Assembly (NCBI RefSeq): GCF_000143415.4 | Contig: NW_003314268.1 | Location: 201,117 to 265,116, forward strand | DNA: 64,000 bases | Source: Selaginella moellendorffii | Taxonomy: Eukaryota > Plantae > Lycopodiophyta | Reading direction: 5' to 3' | In this document: positions 36,850-49,569 of the stretch, one piece after another | Position numbering within the stretch: position 1 is the first letter of the stretch | Layout: every line of letters begins with the position of its first letter | Notes under the pieces: generated by a model | The model's database searches: none | What the model saw: only the letters and a program-made list of their open reading frames with translations | What the model was told of the DNA's origin: nothing | Made by a program: the position numbers and the translations under genes

Positions 36850-39800
36850 CTAAAAGTTTTCCTTTTGAAAGTCAAACTTGGTGATGTTATGGTGGCTGTA
36901 TTCCTTGCATAGCGCATCCAATTCCTTGCCAAGAGCCGGGGCTCCACAGTAAAACACACCTGAAAATTTTGTCACGTTTTAGCAAAGAAAAGCTCACAAA
37001 CATACCAATTCTCGCGCCTCTGTGCAGCTTCTCCAGCCTCGACAGAACCTTTCTCCAGTTTGGACGGGCAAAGTGAGTCTTAACCTGGCCAAAGATGAAG
37101 AACACATATAAGAGAACTAGAAACACGAAGAAATTCAAGGAAAGAGGCTAGAAAAGTACCCGAGTTCCCGAAATAATATCGACACCATTCCGTGCATGCT
37201 GTAGACTTTGCACCATCGTAATCAGGGCCGATCGAACATCGCCCTCTTCGTAAACACTCGTCAAATAGTTATGTAGCTCGATAACAGCCTGAGAAAGCAT
37301 CGTAAGAACGTGTAAGAATGGAAACATCATACGAAAACTTCCAACCTTGGAGTCAATCTCGGCAACTTCGTTCATGACACCTTTGAACCAGTCGAAAGAT
37401 CCTTGCTCTCGTGTAACCCAGTAGAAGTAAGCGTTCGTGGGAGTCCAGCCGGGGACCGTGGAGTTCCCTGGACTTCTTCTAGGGCTGGGCATTGGGATCC
37501 TCACGTCGGCGCTCGTCTCGTTCTTCTTCATGTTGTTGAGCATGTCTTTGAGAACACTGATGAAGGGAGTGGCTCCAATGCCCAGGCCGACGAGAAGGAG
37601 AATGTCGTAGGAGGTGTAGTCCTGCGATGGAGCTCCGTAAGGCCCATCGATGAAGAGCTTTGGAAAGCTGCGAAGGATTGGATCATAGATTAGTCCTTGC
37701 GGCTCTCTCTAAAGGAAAAGTAAAGATGGCTTACTTTGAGCTCTCCCCGGAGTTCCATGCCTCGGCACGCAGCAATCCACTCTTGCCACCAGCGGATGGT
37801 TCGCAAATTTGCGAGAACACGTTCTTAAGTTCTGCCGTCCAGTCACCGAGAGTTCTGATGTGAACGCTGAGATACTCGTCGCCTGGAGCGGAAGTGATTG
37901 AGAATGGATGCCTGTAACACGATCACATAGACAAGTTCTTGAGAATCATTATAAAAAAAATGGGAAAAAAATGTGAAAGAAGCTCACCACTCAAATGGAG
38001 AGACTGCTGGACAGTTCAAGACCATGTACATTCCACTCTTGTACCGAAAGTTTGGAGGCTTGGTCATGTACAAAGCCATGACGTTGCCAGAGTAGATAGC
38101 CACCTGAAGAGTTTGACAAAAAGGAACCAGATTTTCAATCTCCATGCAAACAACGGTGGTGAAGTTCTACCTTTACGACTTTCACCGGATAAACCGTAGA
38201 CTTGAAAACCCTGCGAATCCTTTCAAACGCATAGAGAAGGACAGGTATCGCAACATACATCCAAGTCTGTGTTTGAAAGAAAAAAGTAAGAACGTGAACT
38301 TGGAGCAAGAAGATCTTACAGTTTTTTGCTGCCATTTGTAAGTCAGGTAGAGGAAGATGCCGTGGATGATGAGGAGCACGTAGACGATGATGAAGAGGTG
38401 ATGTGTGTACCAAAACGTGTTGAATCCCGTCATCCGGTGGAAAGGCCACGGGAACTTGACGAGATTTCGCCGAAACTTGTGAGTTGCGAGTGTGAAAGCT
38501 ATGGCCATGAGAACCACCATGACAATCCCCGTCACTCCCTCCACGCCCTTGACAACCTCCCAGTAAGTTGGCTGCCTATAGTTGAATCCACGCCCGATCT
38601 TCGCGATGAATTCCTCCTCGTCGTAGCTCACAAGCCTCGGGATATCGCAAGTTATATGCATTCCTCCGTGGAGAAGAACACCCACGACGATTCCAGCCGC
38701 TATAGTCTGCTCGAAGGGAGAAAACGTGTAAACATCAGGAAAACAGCTAGCTAGAACTTTACCTTGTGAAAGTTGATATTGTCGTTGAAAGGCACGACCT
38801 GGTTGAGCCAAGTCGATCTCAAGTACGTGAGAAAGTTCCGACACATTGGAAACAAAATCAAAGCCATGTTGAGCTTGAGAGTCTCGGCGGCACCTTTGGC
38901 GATGCACAGACAATATCCCATGACATCAAACGCGGCCTTGTTCCGGTACTGGACGAACTTCCAGGTGAAAAGCCCGACGCACGCAGCGATCCACAGCGCC
39001 AGCACCCAAATCCTCTTCCAGTTCTCGGCCAGGAAATACTTGGTCTTGGACTTGATCTCGTGCAAGCGGTCCCGTCTGTGTGGTGGAACCAGTGCTTGAC
39101 TTAGCATCTGGCTTACGTTTTGTGTGGAGTATCGCTGCGAGGCACCGACAATCTCACCACGTAGGAGAGTTTCAAGCTGCCATAGCTGCCAAGAAAGTGA
39201 CACAAAGTCTAGAGTGAGCGAGTGATTTGGTCGTGAGCTTAACGAGAGTCAAAGATGGATGGCAAACCTCGACATAACCCAGATTGTCCGGGTCTAATTC
39301 TTCCATGATCAGCGCCGCGTACTCGTCGGCTTGCTCCTTGAGTTTCGAGAGCTTGTTCTCACTCGCGCTTATTTTAATGACCTGGACAAAGAAATTTTTC
39401 GCGATCGTTAGTCAGCGTCGTCGTAGCAAGCAATAGTGGAACAAAAGAATAGAAATTTTTTCGTTAGTCAGCGTCGTCGTAGAAAAGCAATAGTGAAACA
39501 AAAGAATGGAAGAAAGCTTGCCTCTTTCACTTCTTCTTCCGTAATCCTTCCGTCGGAATTTTTGTCGCACCTGTGCAAAACCGTTGAGTTGAAAGAACAG
39601 GAAAATTGAGATTTTTACGTACATGTCGAAGAAGATTTCGAGCCTGGAATCGAAGCTCGGGTCGGAGATCCAGAACCAAAACTCGCGAGCCTGGTCTTTA
39701 TCGATTTTGAGCCGGTTCACGTCCATTTTGCGGGCTAGGCAATCGAACAACTGTCCCGCAAACTCCTTTGAATCTTTCATACCTGTAGATCCAAGACAAA

Positions 39801-40719
39801 AGAGGCTGAGATTTGATTCCGACAGATCGATCGTGAGAAAAGGTCAAGCAAAAAACGCACACAATGCGGCCACTGTAGTGCTGCAGACTTTCGACAGTCA
39901 TCACATGCAGTGGCATCGCAACCAATGCGGACAATGATAGGAGCGAGAAACCATTCCAAGATCGAGAAATGCGGCGGACCCATCACGGAGTCACCAGAGC
40001 AATCCCCTGGGAATCACGAACCAGCGAGACCCACGTCCCCAGCAGCGAGAAATCGCAGCGGCAAGCCAGGAAATCGAGGAGCTCGAGCAAAACGAGCACG
40101 AGACCGGTGGAACCCACGACAGATCGTGTCGGGATGATCCGACCCACGTGATCCGATCGCCAGCCCAGGCCTCGGATCGAGAGAAGGAGCGATCCAAACC
40201 CAACAAGATCAAACGAGGCCAAGAACAAGAAAACTCACCAATGCAAGCTCCAAAATCGGCGCGCGAGAGGAATCCATCCACGGCCAGGGAGTCGAACCGC
40301 GTCGCCACATCCTGCCATAGCTGCTCCCGGTCGGCCTTCTCGGTGGCCTTGCTGATGAATCGAAGCCCCCTGATGGCGGTCTCGGCGGAGGATTTGGTGC
40401 GCGGGAGCCTAGCCCCGCCCGCCGCCGCCGGCGGCCCCTTGTTGGTACCACTCCGGCTGAACGAGAGCTTCTTGAGCTCCTGGGAGAATTGCTTCCACTT
40501 GGAGGACGTGATCCTCTTGGCGCTATGGTCGGAGCTGCTGTTTAGGCTGTTGATCTCTAGCAGCGAGTCGTCGCTGTCGGCCGTCTCGATCTGGAGCTCC
40601 ACGAGAACCTCGCCGCCGGTGCCCGTGTTTGCGGAGCTCGTTCGCGACGTACCCCTGGATCTGGCGCCAGCGCCAGACAAGTTCCTCATCTCGACCGTTA
40701 TGTGATCCTCTTTCACCAT
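36850..40719 (-). CDS. RBOH: Respiratory burst oxidase homolog (NADPH oxidase); multi-exon
   Basis: [18 protein letters not shown]-hand region ([22 protein letters not shown]), [84 protein letters not shown]-terminal FQKENF*. Confidence 0.97.
39405..39507. repeat. Two-copy direct repeat (about 46 bp) in an RBOH intron
   Basis: tcgttagtcagcgtcgtcgtag.aagcaatagtg.aacaaaagaat at 39405 and 39461. Confidence 0.85.
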
Positions 40720-41502
40720 CGAGCGATGGATGCTTGCTCGCTCTTCCTTCTCTGCTCTCTAGCCACTCTGTGGCGCATTTGTTATATGGTGATAGACCTT
40801 GGGCCGCGCTGGAGTAAATGGAAATCGCGTCTCGCGTGATGTTTTGACCAGGCAACGAAGCTAGCAAGGAAACTCTTGCCGGCGGCCATAGCCGAAAAGC
40901 TGCACGTATAATAGTAGCACATGTGGTCGCCCACTCACAAAAAAATTCGTGGACATTTTTATTACTAAAATATTTCTTTTTGATTTTTATGCTATAAAGT
41001 ATCTTTGTTTTTGGAAGATAAGGTATGGTAGTGCTTTTTGCGTGTCGATTATCCCCCAGTGGTGTAGAGACTCAATTCAACATTTCCACAAAAATATCAT
41101 AGTGGCCGCCACGCAAAAAAGATTGATTTTACGAAGAAGCTGCCATCCAGTGGAGGACATCGTCCATCAAATTTGAAAAACGTGTCCATTCAAAAGATGC
41201 GAATCGTTTTCAGCATATGCTTGCCTAGATCCCGGCCGTTGGATTCCCGGCACTTTAGGGCTAGTCCTTTCTCTTTCTCCTCTTTTTTCTTTTCTTTTTG
41301 TGTGGCGCGCGGCATTTCCAGGTACGATTGCTCACGCCGCCTCGGTTTCCCTCTGGCAATCCTCGCGGCCACGCGCATCGATCGATCGCTCACCACAGCA
41401 GCAGCAGCGGCGGCGGCGGCGGCGGCGCCCGGAATCTCCCCCCTCCCGACGAGGTATTTTGTCCCGCGCAGCACAGCTACATGCCAAGCAGCAGCGGCAG
41501 CG

Positions 41503-43123
41503 ATGGCAGCTGGTATCTCACCCACGGTCGGAGTTTTAGATGGAGAATGCAGGGCTGGCACTTCGACTTCCAAGTCGATTTCCAATGGAAGCACTCTCTC
41601 GGTGGATGATGCCGGCGTTGTTGCCTCTCCTGACCAAGAAGAGGTTGTTTCCAATCCAGGCTTCTCCACTCCTTCCCTGGTACGTCTCTTGTCTCGCTAG
41701 AAATTTTTTCTATCTTGGATGGTTCTCTTCTTTCTCGCTGCTAAAGCTGTGATTGGATTTTTCTTTTTTGTGTACGATTTGCTTTGCCTGCTTTGTGAAA
41801 TTTTCTTCTTTTTTTTGTGTGTACGATTGCTTTGCTTTCTTCCCATTCGTGCCTAGATTTTTTTGGTCCCGGGTGGAGCTTTTCATCTGCCCGTGCGTGT
41901 TAGTCTACTTTTTTGCGTGTAGGTAGTCACTTGTTTGGTGATGTGTGTTTTTTCTTCCACTCTTTTTAGGTGGACAAGAAGATCACTGAAGCTCTCGTGG
42001 AGGAATTCCTCCCGTTTATTCGCTCGGGTGGCTGGGCCGACATTGGGCTCCGCAATCACATGGAAGATGCCCACGTCCGAATCGACGATCTTGTCAAGCA
42101 TCTCGGTGAGCTTGTCATTGGCGAGAGCACTGGTTCCTTCTACGGGGTACGCTCTCTTCTAAGCGTTTTGTCTCGCTCTTTTATATTCTGCAAAGCGAGA
42201 AAGAAGTCTACTTGCAGGTGTTTGATGGCCATCTTGGAAAAGATGCCGCGCAGTTCGTGAGAGAAAACCTTCTCAAGTTCATCGTGGAAGACACGGCGTT
42301 TCCCGCGGCACTGGAGGAGGCAGTGAAGCGAGCATTTTTGCGGACCGACAGAGCCTTCGCTCAGGCCTGCCAGATTGATAGCGAGCTTGCATCCGGGACC
42401 ACTGCTCTCACCGTGCTCATCTTTGGGAGGTATTCTAAAATTCATTTAAAACATATCCTGCTGCTTGTTTTTTTTATCTTCTTTTTTACCATCTTCTCCT
42501 TGGAGCTCTTCCAGTGACGTCGTGTTTGTGTTTTCTACACTATTTGCAGGACCTTGTTAGTGGCTAATGTAGGAGATTGTCGTGCAGTTCTCTGTAGACG
42601 CGGCAGAGCTGTGCCAATGTCAAGAGACCACAAGCCGTCGTGTGTGGAGGAAAAATCTCGCATTGAGTCACTGGGAGGCTTTGTCGACGATGGCTACCTC
42701 AATGGACAGCTCTCAGTGGCCAGAGCTCTGGGCGACTGGCACCTCGAAGGGCTCAAAGCCGACGACGACGATGGTGGCTCCTCCAGCGGGCTTCTGAGCG
42801 GCGAGCCAGAGATGCGGCAGGCCGAGCTCACCGAGGACGACGAGTTTCTCATCATCGGCTGTGATGGTCTCTGGGACGCATTCTCGAGCCAGGACGCCGT
42901 CAGCTTTGCCCGCAGGAGGCTCCAGCAGCACAACGATCCGGAGAAGTGCTCCAAGGACTTGATCGTCGAGGCTCTCAAGCGGGACACCTCGGACAATCTC
43001 ACGGTGGTGACCGTGTGCTTCCGCAGGGATCCGCCACCCAGCCTTCGGATCATCAAGCCTCCCGTGAGAACTATTTCCAACGAAGGCCTTCGTAACCTCC
43101 AGGAACTTCTCAATAGCTTGTAA
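41503..43123 (+). CDS. PP2C: Protein phosphatase 2C (probably clade G-like); multi-exon
   Basis: [70 protein letters not shown] at 41503 is inferred. Confidence 0.95.
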
Positions 43124-43143
43124 TATTGTCTATAGACTCGTCA

Positions 43144-46017
43144 CTATTTCCTAAGTCCATATTGCCGAAGTAAAGGATCAACAGATGGTTCTCTGCCCCG
43201 GAATGCTTTGAAAACATCTAGAGCCGCCATTCCACCTCCGAGTGCCAAGATTGTATTGCGGAAACGCATCCCCACCTCCTTCACAGCCTACAGGAATTAA
43301 ATGTCAGAACCAAATCTTCAAAACTATATGGTATAGTTTCTTCTTTGGTACCTTTTCATCCTTGAGCATAGCTTCTTCAAATGCATTGAAAACATCGGCA
43401 GACAAGACTTCAGCCCACTGCAAGATAGAAAAACATTATGGAAGACCTTTTTTTTTCTGAAATAATTTTAGAGCCACCTTATAACCATAGTATCCAGCTG
43501 CATAATTACCTATAAATTAATAGAAAGCATCAGCTTCAAGTGAAAATTATATATCTTCAGAAGGCATCGCCGATATACATACCAGTAGAAATATGTGAGA
43601 AGCTGCAAAGGTATTGTTCTCCAGGCATGCACGGTGGAATCTGAGTTTTCAGTGATAGTTCGCTATACACTTCGTGAATTTTCGTTGTCAAACCATTAGG
43701 CTCAAAGTTAGAGTGGAGCTTTAGATCCACTGCGGCAAGTAAAACCTGGTACACCTCAACAATGAAACATCAGAAAAAGGAAAAATGTAAAGCAAGCATA
43801 CCTGGTTTAACATGTCTATAGCTCTCAGTGTTCTAGATGATTTGATCTTTTGAAACAGCGACTCTGGAAGTAGCTCGCCTGTTTTGTAATGCTTGGCAAA
43901 GCTTGACAGTGTGTCCCTGCAATGGAAATTTATTATATAATCCTTCTAAATTGGTAAACATATACTATTCTTACTTATCGTAGCACCAGTTCTCCATGAA
44001 TTGCGAGGGGAGCTCTACAGCATCTTGTTCTACATTTTGCATACCTGAAACGAATATCACCTCTTGCGTCGTAAGCATGTGTTGCAAAGCGTGGCCAAAC
44101 TCGTGAAACAGTGTTTTCAACTGGACACACAACCATGAAATCAAATATCAATGGCTATAAAATGTAATATATACCTCGTCAAATGTCATCAAGCTTGGGT
44201 TGTCTCCGAGAGGCGGCGTCTGATTACAAACGATGATACAAGCTGGGAGTCGGATGTCACAACCCTCTGGTGCAAGAGCTCGGCTTCTCTTTGCCACAAA
44301 GCTGCTAACAAAAGCACCTCCTCTCTTCTCCAGAGGCCTTGAGTATGGATCTATGTAAAAGTAGGCAAGCGTTTCCTTGGTATCCATATCTTTCACTCTG
44401 AAAAACCTCACGTCATCGTGCCAAATCTACGAAGAAAACATACAACTCATTCAAGACGTTCAAGTGCACGTAAGCTAAACACTTACGGATGTTGCCACGA
44501 GGTTGTCTGCAGCATCAATCTCTATTGAAAAGAGTCTTTTTGCCAGCAAAAACAAGCCTTCCAACACATGAGGGAATGCAAAGAATGGCCTGAACTCTTC
44601 CTGCAAATTCGAAAAGTTAAAAGTAGACTTGGTAGAGGTTTTCATCACCTCGCTCATGTCAAGCCTGGCTTCTCGTAGCCTTTCCATCCAGTATGGAAGA
44701 TCCCAAGGCATGAGCTCATAATTCTCACCATTGGACGCTGCTAGAGCCTTCAAAGCCTCTAGTTCTGAAACAATAATGGAGTAAGATTTTATACCATCCA
44801 AAAGAAACTAGAGGTTTTCAAAACTTTTACCTCGCAAAGCACCATCCCATGCCCCGCTTCGAAGGCTTTCTAGCAACTCGTTGGCTTTATCAAGTGTTGC
44901 CATTTTCAAAAGCATACTAATCTAGAAGAGGAATAATCATAAGACTAATAAAATATCAAAGAAACACTTATACCACCTCGGCATAGTTCTTGTAACCAAG
45001 AAGTTTGGCTTTCAAATTTCGGAGTTCTAAGATTCGTGTCAAGACAGGAGTGTTGTTGAACTCCCCAGTAGAAGCTTTGTTTCTATAAGCCAAATATAAC
45101 TCCTCTCGGGCTTTCCTGTTCTTCAGATGTTTCATCACTCGAAAATAACTAGATTTATCGATCTTAAATAGCCAAGGCCCAAGCTCGGGTGATGCAACTT
45201 CATAGCCCTGAAAATGATCAATTATGAAAGAATTGTGTGATTATTATCATAGCTTCAATTACCTCTGAAGCTGCTGCTTTTGCTGCAAGTGCCAGAGATG
45301 TTGCCGGCAATCCCTCAACTTCTTCCACACTAGTAACTAGTTTGCCATATTTTCTAATGGAATCGAGGATATTGTCACTGAATTTTCTAGTCAGCTCCAC
45401 TAGTTCCTGGAAAAAGTATTATACAAATACATAACAAATGCAAAGAATACCTTCTCATACTGGTTGAAGAGCTTCTTTTGTCCATCTTCCAAATGAACAC
45501 CACTTATAATTACCTTTTTCATGTAGCTTTCCACAGTCCTTTTCTGAGCATCGCTGGAATTTTGGAAGTTCGGGTCTTCCTGAAGTGCCTTGAAGCTATC
45601 GAAGAGAGGTTTGCTCTGGGCAAGTTTGAGATCAAAATCTTTCCTTCGAGCCTATAAGAAACCATTATTAACAATTTTTTGTGCCTGAAAGTAGATACCT
45701 CAATTTCTTGTATTGCACCTCGAAGGTTTTTCGAATCCTTCATATGTTGAAGATGGTTCACAACGCTGCAGCTAACAATCAGTGTATCCATAATCCACTC
45801 CAAAGGAATAGCTAGAGACTCCCATGAATGCTCGTTGCATGCTTCTAGAGCTACTAGCTCTTCTTCCTAGCAGTTAATTAGATCTTAGATGCCTAAGTGA
45901 AGAGAAAAAGAAATTGCATACCAATTGCTGGAATAGTTGTGGAAATGTAGGAATTATTCGCTCAAGCTCTATGTCAAAGCGTGGCAGCTTCGATCCAGGA
46001 ACGCGCACAAATTCCAT
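43144..46017 (-). CDS. Oligopeptidase A / M3A zinc metallopeptidase; multi-exon
   Basis: HEFGH at about 44091-44105, [82 protein letters not shown]. Confidence 0.93.
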
Positions 46018-46492
46018 CTTTTCTCGTCTAAACTAAAAAGATGACAACTTAAGGAACTTTTTACTCATGCCTCGAATGGGTCACGGCACTCCATTTTGGA
46101 GAAGGACTTTTAAAAGAGATGAGTGGCTAGAAGAGTGGAGAGAGAGATTCAAGAAATCAGGAGGCACCGATAACCTGGAAAACTCAAGAAATACCTGGAA
46201 TTCCCAATCGAGATGGCAGTGGCTAAAAGCGTGGCGAAAGCTTGAGCAAAATAACCCAACCACCCTGAGCTGGAGCGACTTTGGCGGTGAAGAGGGTTGA
46301 CAGCATTCCAGGCGCCAGTTTCTTGACCTTGCCGAACGCTTGGGCAGAGCTCTTAGGAGCTTCCAGGTGCGAAATCGTGGCGTGAAACACCTGTGATCTT
46401 AATCTAACCAGAAAAATGGGAAGCCGGCCGGATGTTTATTAATATTTTGTGTTAAGGGGTAACATAGATCTTAGCGCTACAAATGCGTGGTT

Positions 46493-46780
46493 TTAGGTGC
46501 AGAAGCTAGCGTTGCACTTCTTGCTCATGTCCTTGATAGTGTCGATCTCCAGTGTTCCGCATTCACATCCATCGAGCTTGCCAAACAGTGAGCAACAATC
46601 AGAGCTGCCAGAAGGGGTGCTGCACGCTGCAAGTTTTGCCTGGACTCTATTTGCTTCACACAGCTTCAAAGTGGGGCTTCCACCAACATCCATGTGGCTT
46701 CCTTCGCTGCCGTCGCCATTGATGAGAGAAAAGAGAGTGAGCAGGAGCAAGAGTGGAAAAAAAAGCTTGTGAATTGCCAT
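46493..46780 (-). CDS. Small secreted cysteine-rich protein, eight-cysteine (prolamin/nsLTP superfamily) motif
   Basis: Signal peptide MAIHKLFFPLLLLLTLFSLING followed by a C-C-CC-CxC-C-C pattern (LCEAN...AACST...DCCSL...GCECG...KCNASFCT*). Confidence 0.75.
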   Translation of the reverse strand: MAIHKLFFPLLLLLTLFSLINGDGSEGSHMDVGGSPTLKLCEANRVQAKLAACSTPSGSSDCCSLFGKLDGCECGTLEIDTIKDMSKKCNASFCT

Positions 46781-46949
46781 TTCGGGATGTCCTATCTTCC
46801 CATTGTGTTTACTTATATACTCACACTCAGAGCAAATTTGTGTGCTCACCAACCACACATGATTTTGTGAGAAAGAGCATGAATGTACCTTTAGAAGACC
46901 AGGAGACTATTAGATAGGGATAGTGTTGCTGTATTCTCTATTCTCTGGG

Positions 46950-47914
46950 ATGGCTATGGCGAAGCTGAGAATTGTGGTTCCCTTCTTGATCTTTTGGATT
47001 TTGCAATTGTTATTTCTGGTTTGTAACATAGCTAAACATGGTGGTAATACGTTCGGGAGTACTATGGAAGTCATCTCATCGTTCAATCCTCGTGTGTTTC
47101 TTTTCCATGACTTCTTAGTGAGTTTTATAATTCCTTATTTCAATTCTAATTTTCTTTTATCTATACAGCGATGACGAGTGCGACCATTTAATTGGTCTCG
47201 CATTACCACGCTTAAGACGGTCTTCAGTGATTGACGAAAAAACAGGTTTGGGCAAGGACAGCAGAAATAGAACTAGTTGGGGAGCATTCCTCAGGCGTGA
47301 TCACGACAACATAGTTTCTGGGATTGAAGATAGAATCTCAAGCATCACATTCATTCCCAAAGGTTGAGAATTCCCACAAAATCTTCTTGGACAAGAGTCA
47401 TTCAAATCTCTGTGTAGAATATGGTGAAAGTTTGCAGGTGGTGCGTTATAAAACCGGCCAAAAGTTTGAACCACACCAAGATTATTACAAGCTCACTGAG
47501 AATAACAATAATGGAGGACACCGGATTGGAACATTACTTCTTTATCTGTAAGTGTACAATTTAGACACTGAAGGATTGGTTTCAACTGACATTCTTCTGT
47601 AGGACAAACGTTGAAAATGGCGGGGAGACTGTTTTCCCGCGAGCATTAGCAAATGTCATAAATGACTATTCAACAAACACCTCCGAGTGCACTAAAAAGG
47701 GGATCGTCATCCGGCCAAGAAGAGGTGATGGTCTTCTTTTCTGGATCACCAGACCATCAGGAGAAATCGATCCATTCAGCTTTCATGGTTTGTGTTAATA
47801 TTACAAGCTCAAATATTTTTCTTTCTCTTTGTTCAAACAGGAGGCTGCCCTGTTGTCAAAGGAGAAAAATGGTTGGCAACCAAGTTTCTCCACGAGCACG
47901 AATTAAAACTCTGA
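46950..47914 (+). CDS. P4H: Prolyl 4-hydroxylase (2OG-Fe(II) dioxygenase, type II membrane); multi-exon
   Basis: N-terminal TM, NPRVFLFHDFL, RTSWGAFL, IEDRISSIT, GESLQVVRY, HQD (HxD), GGETVFP, FHGGCPVVKGEKWLATKFL. Confidence 0.93.
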
Positions 47915-47989
47915 CAAAAAACATCAAATAAAGGAACAAAAAGTGAAGGTACTTATAAAACCAGCAGCACTTTGTAGCTGATTCATATT

Positions 47990-48322
47990 CTCGTTCTGTC
48001 AAAGACTATTGAGAAAACCTGTCCAAGCATGCTGTTCTCGAGTCTTATAGTTTGAGTGATTTTCTCCCCGCCTTTCGGTTCAAGCTGGCTATTGCTTGCA
48101 GGCTCCAGCCGGAGATGCAGGCTGCTGCCTGCAAAACAAAGTCCATATATGTCTTTCAAGTAGGATGCCAAAATCAGAGTCTGGGAGTTCTCGGAGACTT
48201 TTTGAACTCGCTCAAGAACTCGCTTTGATAACCAAGGATGGTCGGACACATAGGAGCTGCCAACACACACAAACTTGGAGTTCATACATACATAATCAAA
48301 ACAGCAGTTGATTAGTTACCAC
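47990..48322 (-). pseudogene. Inverted, deleted duplicate of the AP-1 gamma-adaptin ear-domain region (63250-63650)
   Basis: The reverse complement matches intron and exon sequence at 63251-63650 ([16 protein letters not shown]...ITQTIRLENSMLGQ), with internal deletions. Confidence 0.88.
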
Positions 48323-48739
48323 CTCACAAGAAAAAAAAAAGAATTTCCTTGGATTTGGATGCATCGTTCCACTTTATGGAGGGTAATAAGAGGTAAGACA
48401 TTAGCTTGCTGTAAGTTTCTTCCCCCACTATCACAGCCCGGAGCACCAGGGATTAGAGGAACAGGGTAGCAACCGGAAGAACAGGTTGAGGGCCTGGAGT
48501 AACGAGAAGAAGAACAACTTGAGGGCGATCAAGGGCTGGAAGAAGGACTGGAAGCTGATGGAGCAGAGGTTGAAGACCGGAGGAACAAGAAGAAGAACAC
48601 CTCGAGGGAGATCAAAGGCAGACTGGAAGCTGATGGAGCAGAGGTTCATGGCGAGGGCGTGTTGACATCGTCAAAAGACACGAGTGGAGTATGTTCTGAT
48701 GTTATCATTGTGCGAGAAGACAAATATAGGCTTGGAGAG

Positions 48740-48960
48740 ACGTGGAAAGAGAAGATCGATTCAATTTTCTGGGCAGAAGTTGCAGGGAAAATCCAGAGAC
48801 ATCCAGGATGGAGCCTGAGATGGAATTCTCGGATAGATCCAGCGTCTCCAGCGCCGCGAGCTTGGCCAGGGAATCGGGGAGCTGGACCACTTTTGCGTGT
48901 TTCAGCTGGAGTAGGAAAATTTGAAGACTTATCTTATTCCCGGTGGCCAATTGTAGTGCA
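48740..48960 (-). pseudogene. Isolated leucine-rich-repeat gene fragment
   Basis: QLPDSLAKLAALETLDLSENSISGSI fits the plant extracellular LRR consensus; no complete gene context. Confidence 0.6.
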
Positions 48961-49569
48961 ATCTGGGATAAAATAAACGCGCTAGAAGACGACATTGTCC
49001 AGGCACATTCGAGGACTATATGTGTTTAAAATACGAGGATGGAACATTTGCTATCACTATCAACCTTTGCTAGGCTTTCAAGCAAAGTTTTTCCAAGTAC
49101 TTAACGACACGTTTGCGCCTCTGTGATAATCCATTGTGAGTCTCTGCAGTCCTCTTACCCTTGTCATAACAACTTCTCACACCTAAACCAGATCACAGTG
49201 CTGCGATAGGAAAGAGCAAAGACCAAGCAAATTTTCCTTCTGAGGATGCTTCTCCATAAACCTCGCTTGTGTTGGTCGTGTTCCAACCACGTTGGTCTCC
49301 AAGAGTCAAAGAAGCAATGGAAAAAAACGCGTTAGATGCTCGAAACGAAGAACAAAGGAAGACCAAGCAAAGAAAACAACCGGAGGGAATTCTCTTGTGT
49401 GTTCCAAGTATTGCTTCTTGGTCTTTGACATGGTATTGGGAGCTCATGTTCTGTCTTTCCTTTGTTTTTTTTATTTACCATGAACACAATCACTAAAATA
49501 TTTTATGGTTTCCTTTTCTATCAAGAAAAAAATAAACTTTTGCCACCATAGGTCTTGCCATTGTTTCTT

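Noticed and set aside
40148-40705. 185-aa plus-strand ORF (and the similar 42694-43113 minus-strand ORF)
   Set aside because: Antisense shadows of GC-rich RBOH and PP2C exons.
41173-41700. Overlapping poly-Ala ORFs on both strands
   Set aside because: Caused by a GCA/GCG microsatellite in the GC-rich PP2C 5' region. Only the part from 41503 is PP2C exon 1.
4530-47914. Whole region as one biosynthetic or ROS gene cluster (oxidases, RBOH, transporter, P4H)
   Set aside because: Adjacency is expected in such a compact genome. The genes belong to unrelated housekeeping and signalling families, and the sequence alone gives no co-regulation evidence.
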